Made by a program: the position numbers and the translations under genes. This document shows positions 28,367 through 37,800 of a DNA stretch of 64,000 nt, piece by piece (position 1 is the stretch's first letter; the number at the start of each line of letters is the position of its first letter). The DNA is from Candidatus Nanoarchaeia archaeon. GTDB taxonomy: Archaea; Nanobdellota; Nanobdellia; Woesearchaeales; WJIZ01. The stretch is from contig JANQND010000009.1 of NCBI GenBank assembly GCA_028279765.1, forward strand, positions 65,198 through 129,197, in the 5' to 3' direction. The notes under the pieces were generated by a model. That model had not been told where the DNA came from, did no database searches, and saw only the letters and a list, made by a program, of their open reading frames with translations.

Positions 28367-28475
28367 AGGAAATCTGCAGAGTACTGGAAGATTTTCATTG
28401 GATCTCATACTTCAGTAACAAAGTATATTCCTCCAAACACAAACATTAATATACTCACCGCTCTGCTCAAAAAAA

Positions 28476-29396
28476 ATGAAAAATAAGCCAATGGTTGGTG
28501 GACAGGCAGTCATGGAAGGCGTGATGATGCGCTCGCCTAACTATTATGCCACTTCTGTTAGAACGGAAAAGGGAAAAATAGTCTCTGAGCTGCACAAAAT
28601 CAAAAAGCGGCCGAAATGGACACAATTCCCTTTCTTTCGTGGTGTCATTAATCTCTTTGAGATGATGATTATCGGGATTAAGTCCTTAACCTGGTCTGCA
28701 GATCAGCTTGCAGAAGACCCTTCAGAGAAACTGACGAAAACACAATTGTTTTTTACTCTATTAATCTCCATCAGTTTCTCATTATTATTGTTCTTAGTAC
28801 TTCCTTATGTGCTCACAGTACTCCTAGGAATCCATGAGGAACAGCGGCCTATTCTGTTTAATATTGTAGATGGCATCATCAAGATTGCTATTCTCATCAT
28901 TTATCTGTACGCCATATCCTTGATGAGCGACATCAAGAGATTATTTGAATATCATGGTGCAGAGCACAAGGCAGTACATTGTTTTGAAGCGAATCTGAAG
29001 CTCACGCCAAAGAATGCACAGAAATTCTCGCGGCTGCATCCACGCTGCGGAACCAGCTTCCTCTTCCTGGTCATGTTTATTAGTATATTCATTTTTTCGA
29101 TTATCCCATCGCTTGCGAACCTGCTCATTAGCTCATTCCACTTATTACCTTTCATGGCAAGAAAGTCAATACTTTTCTTCATCAGGTTGCTTTTCGTTCC
29201 CGTAGTTGCAGGAGTATCTTATGAATTTCTACGCCTAACCGCGAAATACGAAGACAATGCCTTTCTCAAGGCCTTTGCCTGGCCGGGAATGATGCTCCAA
29301 TATATTACGACCAGTGAACCTAACCTCAAGCAATTAGAGGTAGCGATTGATTCCATGAAGAAGGTTTTAAAGAAAGATAAGATCGCGTTTAGTTAG
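28476..29396 (+). CDS. DUF1385-family membrane protein
   Basis: GGQAVMEGVMMRS N-terminal signature and multiple TM helices. Confidence 0.55.
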   Translation: MKNKPMVGGQAVMEGVMMRSPNYYATSVRTEKGKIVSELHKIKKRPKWTQFPFFRGVINLFEMMIIGIKSLTWSADQLAEDPSEKLTKTQLFFTLLISISFSLLLFLVLPYVLTVLLGIHEEQRPILFNIVDGIIKIAILIIYLYAISLMSDIKRLFEYHGAEHKAVHCFEANLKLTPKNAQKFSRLHPRCGTSFLFLVMFISIFIFSIIPSLANLLISSFHLLPFMARKSILFFIRLLFVPVVAGVSYEFLRLTAKYEDNAFLKAFAWPGMMLQYITTSEPNLKQLEVAIDSMKKVLKKDKIAFS

Positions 29397-29470
29397 CAAA
29401 CCCTACAAAGAGCCAAAACCTATATAAAACCAATTCTATTCTTATGCCTAAACAACAGGGGGTATGAACC

Positions 29471-29872
29471 ATGAAATGCATAACACTTATAGCACTACTT
29501 TGTGCGATGCTTGTTATCGGCTGTACGCAGCCAGTCCAAGCTCCGCAGGAAGACGTAGCAGAAAGCACCAAGCCAGCCCAGATAGCGGAACCAGAAGAAG
29601 TTGTAGAAGAGCAAGTCCAGACACAGAACGATGTGCGCTTAACCGCTAAGGGATTTGATGTTGAAGAAGTAACAGTGAATCTTGGAGAATCAGTCACCAT
29701 CTTTGTCAATGATGATATGGTTGAAGATCATTATCTAAGTATGGACGGGGCAAGGATCTCTGAACAGCCATTAACAAAGGGCGGCCGCATTTCTGTTTCC
29801 TTCACTGAAGAAGGCGCCCATGAGATCACCGACGATACCGGTAAATTTGCCTTAACGGTCTACGTCAATTAA
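29471..29872 (+). CDS. Lipoprotein with cupredoxin-like beta-sandwich (no obvious copper ligands)
   Basis: Signal peptide plus lipobox LVIGCTQ. VTVNLGESVTIFVND...ITDDTGKFALTVYV strands. Confidence 0.3.
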   Translation: MKCITLIALLCAMLVIGCTQPVQAPQEDVAESTKPAQIAEPEEVVEEQVQTQNDVRLTAKGFDVEEVTVNLGESVTIFVNDDMVEDHYLSMDGARISEQPLTKGGRISVSFTEEGAHEITDDTGKFALTVYVN

Positions 29873-29960
29873 TTTTTTTCTTTCCATTCTTTTTCTTTCT
29901 TCTTTCATTATGCTTCAATCATAACAAAAGCTTAAGACAATGTATAGGTAGTTCAACTGG

Positions 29961-30653
29961 ATGTCCAAATTTGATACTTTGTTGAGATTCAATGCGGATA
30001 AAGCAGACATAAGTCAGGCAAATTTCCTGAACAGGTGGTTACTTGACGAACCGGAACTCTTTGGCAGACCTGATGTCAATCGGTCAATTAAGATCTCCAA
30101 TACCATCGATAAAATAATTGGGGCCCACTGGGAAGCAATCGATACTGAAAACTATGGGTTAGTAATTAATCAAAGCATCTCCTTAATCGATACGGTATCA
30201 GAAAAGCTGCAAGGGTATCAAAGAATCGATGTGCTTATTACTCTCTATCGGAGAATTTCAGATTATGCAATTAACTTTGTGGATAATTCCTGTGAAAGTA
30301 GTTCTACAACAAAAAAATATAGATACGTATTTGTCGTATCAAGATACTTTGAAAATAGACTCTCAGAAACAGATCAGAATACTTCTCATAAATATCTGGC
30401 AAATATTTACCACAATCTACACAATTTAACTACGGTATTACTGGACGTTGACTCAGATATTCAGTTGAAACAAAAAAGCTACCATTATGCTCTGAGAGCG
30501 GGAGATTGTTATCTCCATGAGCTTCAGTTTGAAAATGCAAATGATCTCTACGAGAGCGCAATACATATAGCAAGAGATGGCTTACAGCGAGACTTGGCGC
30601 AAAAGGCTCAACAAAAAATGAATCAGACTAAAGCAGAATTATCAAAAAAATAA
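29961..30653 (+). CDS. Hypothetical protein (230 aa)
   Basis: ORF only. Confidence 0.3.
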   Translation: MSKFDTLLRFNADKADISQANFLNRWLLDEPELFGRPDVNRSIKISNTIDKIIGAHWEAIDTENYGLVINQSISLIDTVSEKLQGYQRIDVLITLYRRISDYAINFVDNSCESSSTTKKYRYVFVVSRYFENRLSETDQNTSHKYLANIYHNLHNLTTVLLDVDSDIQLKQKSYHYALRAGDCYLHELQFENANDLYESAIHIARDGLQRDLAQKAQQKMNQTKAELSKK

Positions 30654-30675
30654 AGAAAAAAAAATAATAGGGAAT

Positions 30676-30990
30676 TTATCTCTTCTTCTTTTTCTTAGCG
30701 GCTTTTTTCTTTTTCTTCTTAGCAGCCTTCTTCTTGGTTGCTTTTTTCTTCTTCTTCTTCTTTTTACCGCCGCGAGACATTACAGCACAAGAAATATCGC
30801 CTGCCTTATCGATAAAGTACAGCATGCCAGCTTCTTTCTTTACGCCGACCTTGGCAACTACTTCCACTTTTCCTTTGCCTTTCTTTTTGCCTCTTGCCAT
30901 TTTAGCACGGGCAACGTTTCCCTTCTTATCTACAAAATATAGATATCCGGACTCTTTTTTTACGCCTACCTTTTCTACTTTTTTTGCCAT
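30676..30990 (-). CDS. Small highly basic protein with an internal tandem duplication and poly-lysine tail (candidate nucleic-acid-binding or chromatin protein)
   Basis: Two approximately 40-aa repeats VGVKKE[SA]G[YM]LYF[VI]DK[KA]G[ND]...M[AS]RG, followed by about 35 residues of K/A. Confidence 0.45.
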   Translation of the reverse strand: MAKKVEKVGVKKESGYLYFVDKKGNVARAKMARGKKKGKGKVEVVAKVGVKKEAGMLYFIDKAGDISCAVMSRGGKKKKKKKKATKKKAAKKKKKKAAKKKKKR

Positions 30991-31157
30991 GTATTATCTC
31001 CTCTTTATCTTTTTTTAGACGAGAGTTAGACTCGTTAAATCTTTTCCGAGGACAGCAAATATATAAACCTTTTGTTTTAATAGACGAGACCTCGTGGAGA
31101 AAACAGTGGTTTTTTGAATTTGAATAGCAGCACAAGTCAAAATCCTGGATCAAGAAC

Positions 31158-32417
31158 TCACATAAAGTCCCCTAAACCTCTTTGGGCAACCTGCAACGGC
31201 TGCTTGTTCGTCTCCACATGATCGACAATCTGCGGAACGCCATACTCTCCATCATAACCAGGAACCACATTAATTTTTCCTTCTCTATTTTTGAGAATAA
31301 TATCAGCAATACGCTCATTAGTCAGGCTTTTCAGTTCATCAAAAGAAGTTTTGCGCAGGATGTCATACTCTGATCTCCCGCTAGAAACTAACTTATAATA
31401 CTCATTCCAGACCGTTTTTGTTGCGACAGCTTTCTGAAGAACAACCGACAAAATGTCAGACAAGGGAATTAATGATCGAAACGGAACCTCATTCTCTTTT
31501 GCCTTCTCCACGGATCGGTCAGCTAAAGCTTCCACCCGTTGCTCCACGCCAACGGTTAAGGGCTTCTTGCAGACCGGGCAGATATTATTCACCTTCAAAG
31601 CCTCAGTAGGACTCAAATTTACTTTACAATTACGGTGTCCGGTCCAGTGATATTTTCCGAAAGCAGGATCTACCTCAATCGTTTCCGTAAACCCTTCCCG
31701 CGTTTTCATGGCCTTAATGATATTTGCATAGCTCAGCTCTTTCAATTCGAATACATTTGCTTCCCTGCCCATCCTCCAGGGCCAAAAACTATGCAGATCA
31801 GAATTGCTCACCAGAGTAAACCGATCCAGTTCAGACACACGCCGGTTCATAGGAGGATCAGAACTCAATCCTGTCTCCAATGCAAAAATATGCTTGAGAG
31901 TATCTTCAAAACAGTCCTTGAGTGAGTCATACCCAGAATTCGCACCGAACACGGAAAACCAGGGTGTCCAGATATGGGCAGGAATGATTTCAATGCGCTC
32001 ATCAATGGATTTCAGCTTCTCCACAAACTCGGTGGAAAGAATCCCAAAGATAGGCCTTCCGTCATAATCCACTCTCCCCCTTGTTTTCAGCCATTCGGTA
32101 ATCTTTGAAACAGCATCAAGGTCAGGTGCGTACACTAAATGATGCACCTTTCTTCCCTTTCCTTTGTCAGTATAAATCAAAGAAATTTCTGTTTGCAGCA
32201 TGAACGGAAAGCCTGACTTAGAATATAGGATCCCGGAACCATTATCTGTAAGGTTACTCTTGATCTCTTCAATCCAAACCGGATGAGTAAAATCACCGGT
32301 TCCAAGAAGGTTAACACCTTTGACTCTGGCCCATTTCTCCAGGTTTTCCAGATTGAGGTCTTTTCCTGTCGCCTGACTGTGTTTAGAATGAATGTGTAAA
32401 TCAGCGATGATTTCCAT
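31158..32417 (-). CDS. PHP-domain nuclease with C-terminal zinc ribbon (Endonuclease Q-like)
   Basis: DLHIHSKHS PHP motif and further His/Asp metal ligands. C-terminal CPVCKKPL...C Zn finger. Length about 420 aa, as for archaeal EndoQ. Confidence 0.5.
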   Translation of the reverse strand: MEIIADLHIHSKHSQATGKDLNLENLEKWARVKGVNLLGTGDFTHPVWIEEIKSNLTDNGSGILYSKSGFPFMLQTEISLIYTDKGKGRKVHHLVYAPDLDAVSKITEWLKTRGRVDYDGRPIFGILSTEFVEKLKSIDERIEIIPAHIWTPWFSVFGANSGYDSLKDCFEDTLKHIFALETGLSSDPPMNRRVSELDRFTLVSNSDLHSFWPWRMGREANVFELKELSYANIIKAMKTREGFTETIEVDPAFGKYHWTGHRNCKVNLSPTEALKVNNICPVCKKPLTVGVEQRVEALADRSVEKAKENEVPFRSLIPLSDILSVVLQKAVATKTVWNEYYKLVSSGRSEYDILRKTSFDELKSLTNERIADIILKNREGKINVVPGYDGEYGVPQIVDHVETNKQPLQVAQRGLGDFM

Positions 32418-32506
32418 GAAGAAAAACAATCATAGAATGTTTATAATGGTTTTCAAAATCATTAAAAATAATAACCTTTAAATCTAACCATTCTCACAAA
32501 AACCCT

Positions 32507-33124
32507 ATGTCCACCGTATTAGAGCGAGAAATAAAGGAAATAGCAAGAATACTTGCAGGAATCGAGCGTCACGCGCACGAAAACGATCCTGCTTTGGATA
32601 AGCAACTGGACATGGTACAGGAAATCTTTACTGATTTTAACAAAAAGTACCCTCTTGTTTCTTTCAAAATCGAGAAATCCATTGATCACATAGAACTGAA
32701 GATTCTCATCAGCGCAGAGTCTGTAAAAAGTGTTTTTGATGCAACTGCATCAAAGATCAAAGGATTCAACGCGATTGGAGCAAGAAGCTTCAATGAGGCA
32801 TCAGTGCAACAGTCTGAGGAATTCAACCGCATTATCGCATCACTCTCCGACGCTGCTTATCTAACCTACACGACAGATTCTGGAAGAGAAACATTGGTTC
32901 TCCTATGGAACGAGCAGGAAAAAAAGGTTGAGCTTAACTATGAGATAAAATCACTGGCAAACCCTCTAGCTCCCCAGTTCCAGCTTCTGCAGACCTATGC
33001 ACAAAAACAAGCAGGAGATCAAATAGATCTTCTGAGCAAATGCTACCAGCTCGGATTTACTGACATTGAGGATGCTGCTCTCTTTGAATGGGAAGACGAA
33101 TTCTACCCCAAAATGCTGGAGTAA
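32507..33124 (+). CDS. Hypothetical protein (205 aa)
   Basis: ORF only. Confidence 0.3.
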   Translation: MSTVLEREIKEIARILAGIERHAHENDPALDKQLDMVQEIFTDFNKKYPLVSFKIEKSIDHIELKILISAESVKSVFDATASKIKGFNAIGARSFNEASVQQSEEFNRIIASLSDAAYLTYTTDSGRETLVLLWNEQEKKVELNYEIKSLANPLAPQFQLLQTYAQKQAGDQIDLLSKCYQLGFTDIEDAALFEWEDEFYPKMLE

Positions 33125-33192
33125 TGAAAGTACTTATATCCTCTAATCTATATAGGAAAAGTATATAAAGCAAATTCGCGAAAAAGAGGATA

Positions 33193-33888
33193 ATGCTAAA
33201 AAAGGGGGATCGAATCCACAAAAAAGCCCAGGAAATGATAATGGGCAGTATAGTCCTCATCATTTTCCTTATGTTTCTTGTCCCCTTTATCATTGCTCCT
33301 CTTCTTCATGAAGAAGACCAGGAAGATACCCTTGAAGAACTTGCTAAGGAATCTGAAAGAGTAGGAGAGGCTCTTACCAGCCCCCCTTATCCGGAAAATT
33401 GGGATGGCAGCTCAGAGGAGATAGTTCAAGTAGGTCTGCTGCAAAATGGGATCATTGATAGCTCCATCTTAGAAAGCTACAGTGAACTGGATTATTCAAG
33501 AACCAAACTCCTGATGGGCACCAGTGACGAATACTTATTCTTTTTTGAAGATAAAAATGGATTGTTAGAGTTTACAGAAGGAGGAGTACACCGCGAGTAC
33601 TTTGGCTGGAACGGAAATAACAGCAAGAATGGCGGTAGTAATCTCAAAGCAGCAGAGAATTATTTGCTCTCCTCAGCAAATAGTTTGGCAAAGGATGAAC
33701 GCTTCATTGTCATGGAACATAATGGAGAAAAAAAGGAAGTAAAGATGATAACCTATGTGTGGGACTTTGCAGATGGAATGGTTGACCTCAATCAGGTCAT
33801 TTTCTCTATCGATTACTTGTTTTCATCATTTTTACTGACTACCAAGGATAATTATGCAATTGGAGAAGAAGTATACTTAACAGGGTGA
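33193..33888 (+). CDS. Membrane-anchored or secreted hypothetical protein
   Basis: N-terminal TM or signal anchor IVLIIFLMFLVPFIIAPLL. Confidence 0.3.
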   Translation: MLKKGDRIHKKAQEMIMGSIVLIIFLMFLVPFIIAPLLHEEDQEDTLEELAKESERVGEALTSPPYPENWDGSSEEIVQVGLLQNGIIDSSILESYSELDYSRTKLLMGTSDEYLFFFEDKNGLLEFTEGGVHREYFGWNGNNSKNGGSNLKAAENYLLSSANSLAKDERFIVMEHNGEKKEVKMITYVWDFADGMVDLNQVIFSIDYLFSSFLLTTKDNYAIGEEVYLTG

Positions 33889-33892
33889 TGAG

Positions 33893-34342
33893 ATGAAAAA
33901 AATACTGGTTATGACTCTTTTGCTTGCCGCTTTCCTAGTGGGGTGCAGTGAGCCTACTAAGGAAATGAAGTCTGATTATGAACTGTCCGAATTTATTGCG
34001 GTTTTGGAATCCTATCCTGACTATGCTGACTACAAAGCAGATTTTTTGAAGGCAACAGGTAAGGATTTTGACCCTGTTATTGCAAGAAAAGGCTCATTGA
34101 CACAAGAATACCAGCAGTCAAGGATAGATCAATTAGAGAGTATTAATTTTCACCCCCAGGCGAATGTCTACCGCGAAGTTCCCATCGGCGATGGCATCTG
34201 GGACATAGAACTCAAGGACTCCGAAGTCTCCAATCGCGGGATTTGGGTGATCTTTGATATGAACAACAAGCAAGTCCTCAAGTTTTTTGGACTTCTTCAC
34301 GCTCAGCAAAAGGGTACCTTTGACCCTCTCGCTCAGAACTAA
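33893..34342 (+). CDS. Lipoprotein (149 aa)
   Basis: Signal peptide plus lipobox FLVGCSEP. Confidence 0.35.
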   Translation: MKKILVMTLLLAAFLVGCSEPTKEMKSDYELSEFIAVLESYPDYADYKADFLKATGKDFDPVIARKGSLTQEYQQSRIDQLESINFHPQANVYREVPIGDGIWDIELKDSEVSNRGIWVIFDMNNKQVLKFFGLLHAQQKGTFDPLAQN

Positions 34343-34375
34343 AGAAAACAACAACAACAAATACTCAACTATGAG

Positions 34376-34870
34376 GTGGAAAACAAAATGAAAAAACTAT
34401 TGGTGTTAATTCCTGCACTGGCGTTATTAGTCACGATCGCCTATGCAGACTACACAACGTTCGTGACACTGGAAGTAACTGAAATGGATTGTATAGCATG
34501 CACTGGTGATTTAACCGGGATTGTGGGAAAGGATGATTCCATTGCGACAAAAATTTCAACTAATGGTGAATGCAACCAGAACATACAAGGATCTTTTTCT
34601 CCAAAAGCAAACACCATCGCAGAAGGAGTTATTTTTACAACTAATGCAGTTACCTTAACCGAAGGATCCCCATACTTTTTTTGCCTGGAGTTGGAAGAAA
34701 GAAGTATTCCCTCTAACAAATACGACCTAAATACTTGTACTGATTTACATGGTGGAGGTCCTGCCTTTACTCTTGGTGGTACAGCTCAATGTAATAGCAT
34801 TGGCTTTGGCTATATCGGAAGCGATAGCAATACTGATACCATAAAACTAGCCTTCCCATTCCAAGCATAA
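34376..34870 (+). CDS. Secreted hypothetical protein (164 aa)
   Basis: N-terminal signal peptide LLVLIPALALLVTIAYA. Confidence 0.35.
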   Translation: MENKMKKLLVLIPALALLVTIAYADYTTFVTLEVTEMDCIACTGDLTGIVGKDDSIATKISTNGECNQNIQGSFSPKANTIAEGVIFTTNAVTLTEGSPYFFCLELEERSIPSNKYDLNTCTDLHGGGPAFTLGGTAQCNSIGFGYIGSDSNTDTIKLAFPFQA

Positions 34871-34874
34871 AAGA

Positions 34875-37800
34875 ATGCATGGGACTCCCTTGAAGGGATG
34901 GCGTAAACGAGCTTCCATCGCTAGGGCTGCCGTACTCTGCTTAGCGCTAGCTTTGATCACGAGCGCGCAAGCATTTTCTACGCTACCAGGAGTAATTTCT
35001 GATGCGGCTTCCAATGGAATTCATGTGTACAGTCGAATAGGAATACCCATTCAAGGATTAGAAGTAGGGTCTTCTAGCAACGGATTATTCGGGAGAGGAT
35101 TTGTCGTCAGTAATAATCAGGGCGAAGGTGTCGGAGCATCTTCGAGCGGCATACTCGTTAGGGCAAAGGTAAAAACCATAAATGCACTGAAACCGATATC
35201 AGCCGCATCCTCGAATGGGATTTCAGTCAGGGGTTCTATTCAAGTAATTTCGAATTCTGAACCCGGAACAGGTGCAAGCGCAAATGGAATTCTGGTCAGA
35301 GGAACTCTTTTGACCATGGATAAGAAAATGCCAAAGAGTGGCGCACTATCGAATGGAATCTATGCAGTGGGATCCATTGCAAATACAGCAACCCTCTCTC
35401 CAAGAACTGCCTCTTCGTCTAATGGAATTAATGTAGTAGGTAGGTTTAACTTAGGTATTAATGATCCGCCAATTGTATCCGCCTCAAGTAACGGAATTAA
35501 TACCCGGGCAAAAACCTATCTTCGTGATGCATTGATGCCTATTACTGGAGCAGGATCTAACGGATTATCAGTAATAGCTGATATCGGAACTCATGGAGGA
35601 TCTTCGACCACCAACGGTATAAAGGTTTTAGGAGTAGTAAGAAAAACCGCTGATCCTGCGGAATTTGATGGAGACACAGGTGCTGCATCTAATGGTCTCT
35701 TTGTCCTCGGAACACTAGACAAGGGAAACATCCAGCAATCGGGAGCATCCTCCAACGGAATCCATGTGCAGGGATTAATCAACACTGATTCGACAGGAGA
35801 GGAGGGAACGGTCATCGGTATTGAAGTATCAAGTGGTGCAACGAGCAATGGTATTAGCGTAAACGGCACTCTGAGTACTGGCAGCATGATAAATCCACTA
35901 ACTGGCGCCTCCTCAAATGGGTTATTCGTGCAGGGAATTATCAGAGCAGTTGACGAGTTATATCCAGCGACTGCTGCAAGCTCAAACGGAATAGCGGCTA
36001 GTGGAACAATGATTGATTTATCCAACTCAGACGATTCCGGAGCATCAACAAACGGAATCGTTATATCTGGAACGCTCGTAACCGATCAACCTTCGCTCTG
36101 CGAAGAATTTGGCTTGCATGTACTCTTCGGTGAAGTCTCATGCTTCTGTGGTGATGGTCGATTAGATGATGATGAGCAATGCGATGACGGCAACGATAAC
36201 AATAATGATGCCTGTACGAACACTTGTCAGTTGGCAACATGCGGTGACGGATATCTTCAAGGATCCGAGCAATGTGATTTCGGATCAAATAATAACGATG
36301 CAGGAGCCTGTACTACGTCCTGTGAATGGGGACCTCAGTGCAGCGTAAATGAATTCTATAAGCTCATTCCTGAACATACGCTGGCAACGGACATAGAAAT
36401 GAGAGAATGCGGATACATACTCGCTGCAGAAAATTCCATTGACCCCATGTTTTCAGAATTTGATCATAAAGGAGAATTCATCCAGTCAAAAATAATTGAA
36501 ACCGCCGGGAATTCCAATTGGTATCATCCCCTGCAAAAAAGCATTAAAACATCTGATGGCGGCTATTTAGTGCTGGGTATTTCACATTATTATCAAATAT
36601 TTATAGCAAAACTGGATCAAAATTACGTGTTGCAGTGGGAACAATCCATCGATACCTCCGACGATCAAATTACCTTGGTGGATGTCATTGAAGATCATGA
36701 GGGGAATTTTGTTGCATCGGGAACAAATAATAACTATAATGATTTCCTGCTCTATAAGTTCTCATCTGACGGATCCTTGATATGGAGAAAAACTCTCTCT
36801 GCTCTTGGTGGAGGAGATGGAATTGGTTACTCCATTGAGCAGGATGAAGACCACAATTATGTTGTAGTCGGAGTAAAACAGCATGATATAGCCATAGATG
36901 CCCACGGAATCTATGTAGGGAAATTTGACATGAATGGGAACCAGATCATCAGCAAATATCTCTATGATGATCCATTAAAACGATATGTAGCACGAGATTT
37001 CATCATCAACGAAGACTCTTCTATCACCATCGCAGGCTACGTAAGAGAAAATAGTATATCAAACCCAACAGACTCTCTTCTTATCACGAAGTTCGATACG
37101 AACTATGATCCGGTGTGGTCAAGGACCATTGAAACTCAGCAAGGATTCAAGAACTTTTTTGCAACCTCTATTACTCATGCACATCAGGGAGGGTATGTAG
37201 TAGTCGGAGGATTAAGCGGAGCAGATGATGTACTGCCTTATCATCACTTTGATAGTCTGCAAAATGGCCAGAAGCTTATCACCGCAGTCTTTGATGAAAG
37301 CGGAAACCTACAGCACTCGTACACTACCTTAAACGAATTCACCGTAGCAAATGATATTGAGCAGCACCCTATGGGAGGGTATGCAATTGCAGGCCAGGCA
37401 CAAACTGGTGCTTTATTGGTAAGGACAAACAATCTGGGCAATGTGACCTTCTGCAACGATTGGGTTGATCTCTCTCTTTCATCAAATTCCATTACTCTTT
37501 CAAGCATAAATCCCATTGCCTCTCAGGACGATACTCTCAGCTTAATAATAACCGTAGATGGAACTCCTATTACTGATCATAGCATCACCAGCGATACTTT
37601 CATTTGCTACATCGAACCCAACATCTGCGGTAATGGGTTCCATGAACCTACAAACGGGGAGCAATGCGATGATGGAAACAATATTGACGATGATAGCTGC
37701 TCAAATACCTGCGTGGCACAATGCGTTCTCTCATCAGCACAATGGATCTATGCGGATAATTCTATGGTAACCAGCCCGGTTCAGGGATGGGAAGCAGGCA

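Noticed and set aside
35591-36025. 144-aa antisense ORF inside the giant surface protein gene
   Set aside because: Reverse strand of a repeat-rich coding region. A repeat periodicity artefact.
35010-36075. Periodic DNA repeats, initially considered as a CRISPR-like array
   Set aside because: Repeat units are in-frame, variable in length (about 60-75 nt) and imperfect. They encode the ASSNGI protein repeat. No direct-repeat/spacer structure and no cas genes.
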